Of a DNA stretch of 64,000 nt, positions 62,681 to 64,000 are shown one piece after another (the first letter of the stretch is position 1; every line of letters starts with the position of its first letter). Under the pieces are notes generated by a model. The model searched no databases. It saw nothing but the letters and a program-made list of their open reading frames with translations, and was not told the origin of the DNA. This stretch comes from an uncultured Rhodospirillales bacterium (GTDB lineage: Bacteria > Pseudomonadota > Alphaproteobacteria > JAWKYA01): assembly GCA_964397465.1 (NCBI GenBank), contig CAYNIC010000007.1:16474-80473 (forward strand), in the 5' to 3' direction. The position numbers and the translations under genes are program-made.

Positions 62681-64000
62681 ATGGCCGACGACAAAAATCA
62701 ACCTTTGTATGACCTTTTGATCATCGGTGGTGGTGTTAACGGGGTAGGGATTGCCCGGGACGCCGTGGGCCGAGGGTTAAAGGTCATCCTGGTCGAAAAA
62801 GGGGATTTGGCCGGTGCGACATCGTCGGCGGCAACCAAGCTTATTCACGGTGGCTTGCGTTATCTTGAGCACTATGAATTTCGGTTGGTGAGAGAAGCTC
62901 TGATCGAGCGCGAAACTCTGCTGCGGATGGCGCCGCATATTATTTGGCCCCTGCGCTTTGTTTTGCCCCATGCATCGGATTTGCGGCCGGCCTGGATGAT
63001 TCGCTTGGGCCTCTTTTTGTACGATCATTTAGGCGGGCGGAAACTCTTACCAGGATCAGCGGGAGTTGATCTGCGTAAGTCTGCGGTAGGGGCGCCGTTA
63101 AGGTCAGAATGGAAAAAAGGATTTATCTATTCTGATTGTTGGGTCGATGACGCCAGATTGGTCGCGTTAAACGCCCGGGATGCGGCAGATCGTGGCGCCC
63201 GAATCTTGACGCGCACGGAATTTTTGCGGGCCGAGCGCATCGGCCAGTACTGGACCGGTGTTGTTAAGGGCGAAAAGGGTGGGGAGAAAATCCAAGCCCG
63301 GGCGATCGTGAATGCGGCGGGTCCTTGGGTGGCTGCTGTACTGCACGATAGGATTGCGCGACCCAACAAGCACAATATTCGTCTGGTCAAAGGAAGCCAC
63401 ATTATTGTGCCGCAGTTATTTAGTCACGATGCGTCATATATTTTTCAACAGCCCGATCGGCGGATTGTGTTCGCCATCCCTTATGAATCCAAATTTACGC
63501 TCATCGGAACAACAGACCTTGAAGTAAAAAGCGCGGAGAAGCCGGCAATTTCACCCGAGGAAACGGATTATCTCTGTGCCGCCGTTAATCGGTATTTTAA
63601 TAAGCAAATATCGCCGGCTGATGTTGTTTGGAGTTACGCCGGTGTGCGTCCGCTTCAAGACGATGAGTCGGGAAATGCCTCTAAAGTAACACGAGATTAT
63701 ACGTTTGATCTTGATGCCCCTAACGGTCAGGCACCATTGCTGAGCATTTTTGGTGGCAAGCTGACGACGTATCGCAAGCTGGCGGAGCATGCGATGGAAA
63801 AGCTGGCGCCTTTGCTCGGGGTGAGCAATAAAGGGTGGACAGCGGGAACGTCACTACCTGGCGGCGATATTGCTGATGCTAATTTTGCAGGCTTTGTTGC
63901 GAAGATGGAGCAGCGTTATGCCGGTATGCCGAAACCTGTTCTTCATCGATTGTGCCGCTTGTATGGAACCCGCATTGATATGATCTTGGGAGCGGCGAAA
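62681..64000 (+). CDS. glpD: Glycerol-3-phosphate dehydrogenase (FAD-dependent); the C-terminus runs beyond the window.
   Basis: N-terminus YDLLIIGGGVNGVGIARDAVGRGLKVILVEKGDLAGATSSAATKLIHGG is the FAD-binding motif of GlpD. The frame stays open to the window end. Confidence 0.85.
   Translation, partial: MADDKNQPLYDLLIIGGGVNGVGIARDAVGRGLKVILVEKGDLAGATSSAATKLIHGGLRYLEHYEFRLVREALIERETLLRMAPHIIWPLRFVLPHASDLRPAWMIRLGLFLYDHLGGRKLLPGSAGVDLRKSAVGAPLRSEWKKGFIYSDCWVDDARLVALNARDAADRGARILTRTEFLRAERIGQYWTGVVKGEKGGEKIQARAIVNAAGPWVAAVLHDRIARPNKHNIRLVKGSHIIVPQLFSHDASYIFQQPDRRIVFAIPYESKFTLIGTTDLEVKSAEKPAISPEETDYLCAAVNRYFNKQISPADVVWSYAGVRPLQDDESGNASKVTRDYTFDLDAPNGQAPLLSIFGGKLTTYRKLAEHAMEKLAPLLGVSNKGWTAGTSLPGGDIADANFAGFVAKMEQRYAGMPKPVLHRLCRLYGTRIDMILGAAK

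Noticed and set aside
1-64000. Search for CRISPR arrays, transposases/IS elements, phage or defence genes, and toxin-antitoxin pairs.
   Set aside because: No direct-repeat/spacer arrays, no DDE or serine/tyrosine recombinase-like ORFs, and no small adjacent ORF pairs in intergenic space were found. Every ORF longer than 250 nt outside annotated genes overlaps a confident CDS.

Overview
This 64 kb window is a densely packed chromosomal segment of core metabolism with about 58 coding sequences on both strands. It appears alphaproteobacterial (Hyphomicrobiales-like gene content, about 53-56% GC by eye): a DUF1849/EipB-like protein, a DUF1489 protein, a SahR-type regulator with metF, and a tandem glycine riboswitch ahead of gcvTHP. 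I found one tRNA-Leu(GAG) and no rRNA, CRISPR array, transposase, integrase or phage gene. I see no defence island or other clearly new multi-gene system.

The functional blocks, in order:
- rnd (partial), aspS, a SPOR lipoprotein, an EipB-like protein, lipB, tRNA-Leu, then maeB overlapping mgtE.
- A leucine/isovalerate catabolic cluster: ivd, mccB, liuC, mccA and hmgL, with three unrelated genes and a small TfoX_C-like ORF interleaved.
- A hexuronate locus: a FadR-type GntR regulator, uxaC, an enolase-superfamily manD, uxaA, one mannitol-dehydrogenase-family reductase and two TRAP transporters.
- An RND pump pair (AcrB-like transporter plus membrane fusion protein), uppP and corA.
- A Liv-type ABC transporter ending in a gene that fuses a RidA-like domain to an arylformamidase-like domain, followed by a flavin-reductase/MarR fusion gene.
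- sahR-metF-metH, in which metH is split into two overlapping ORFs.
- xylFH, a single-domain ABC ATPase and an SDR resembling XylB.
- A dienelactone hydrolase, an MFS transporter, the glycine-riboswitch gcvTHP operon, glpK and glpD (partial).

The items most worth a second look:
1. metH split exactly at the interdomain linker with an ATGA overlap.
2. The RidA-like/arylformamidase-like fusion translationally coupled to the Liv-type ABC operon.
3. The flavin-reductase/MarR one-component fusion with a palindrome upstream.
4. The TfoX_C-like ORF nested inside the liu operon.
5. Several candidate operator palindromes: the GntR/hexuronate region, the SahR region and the MarR-fusion region.

All domain calls are by-eye motif recognition. 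Nothing was run against a database.
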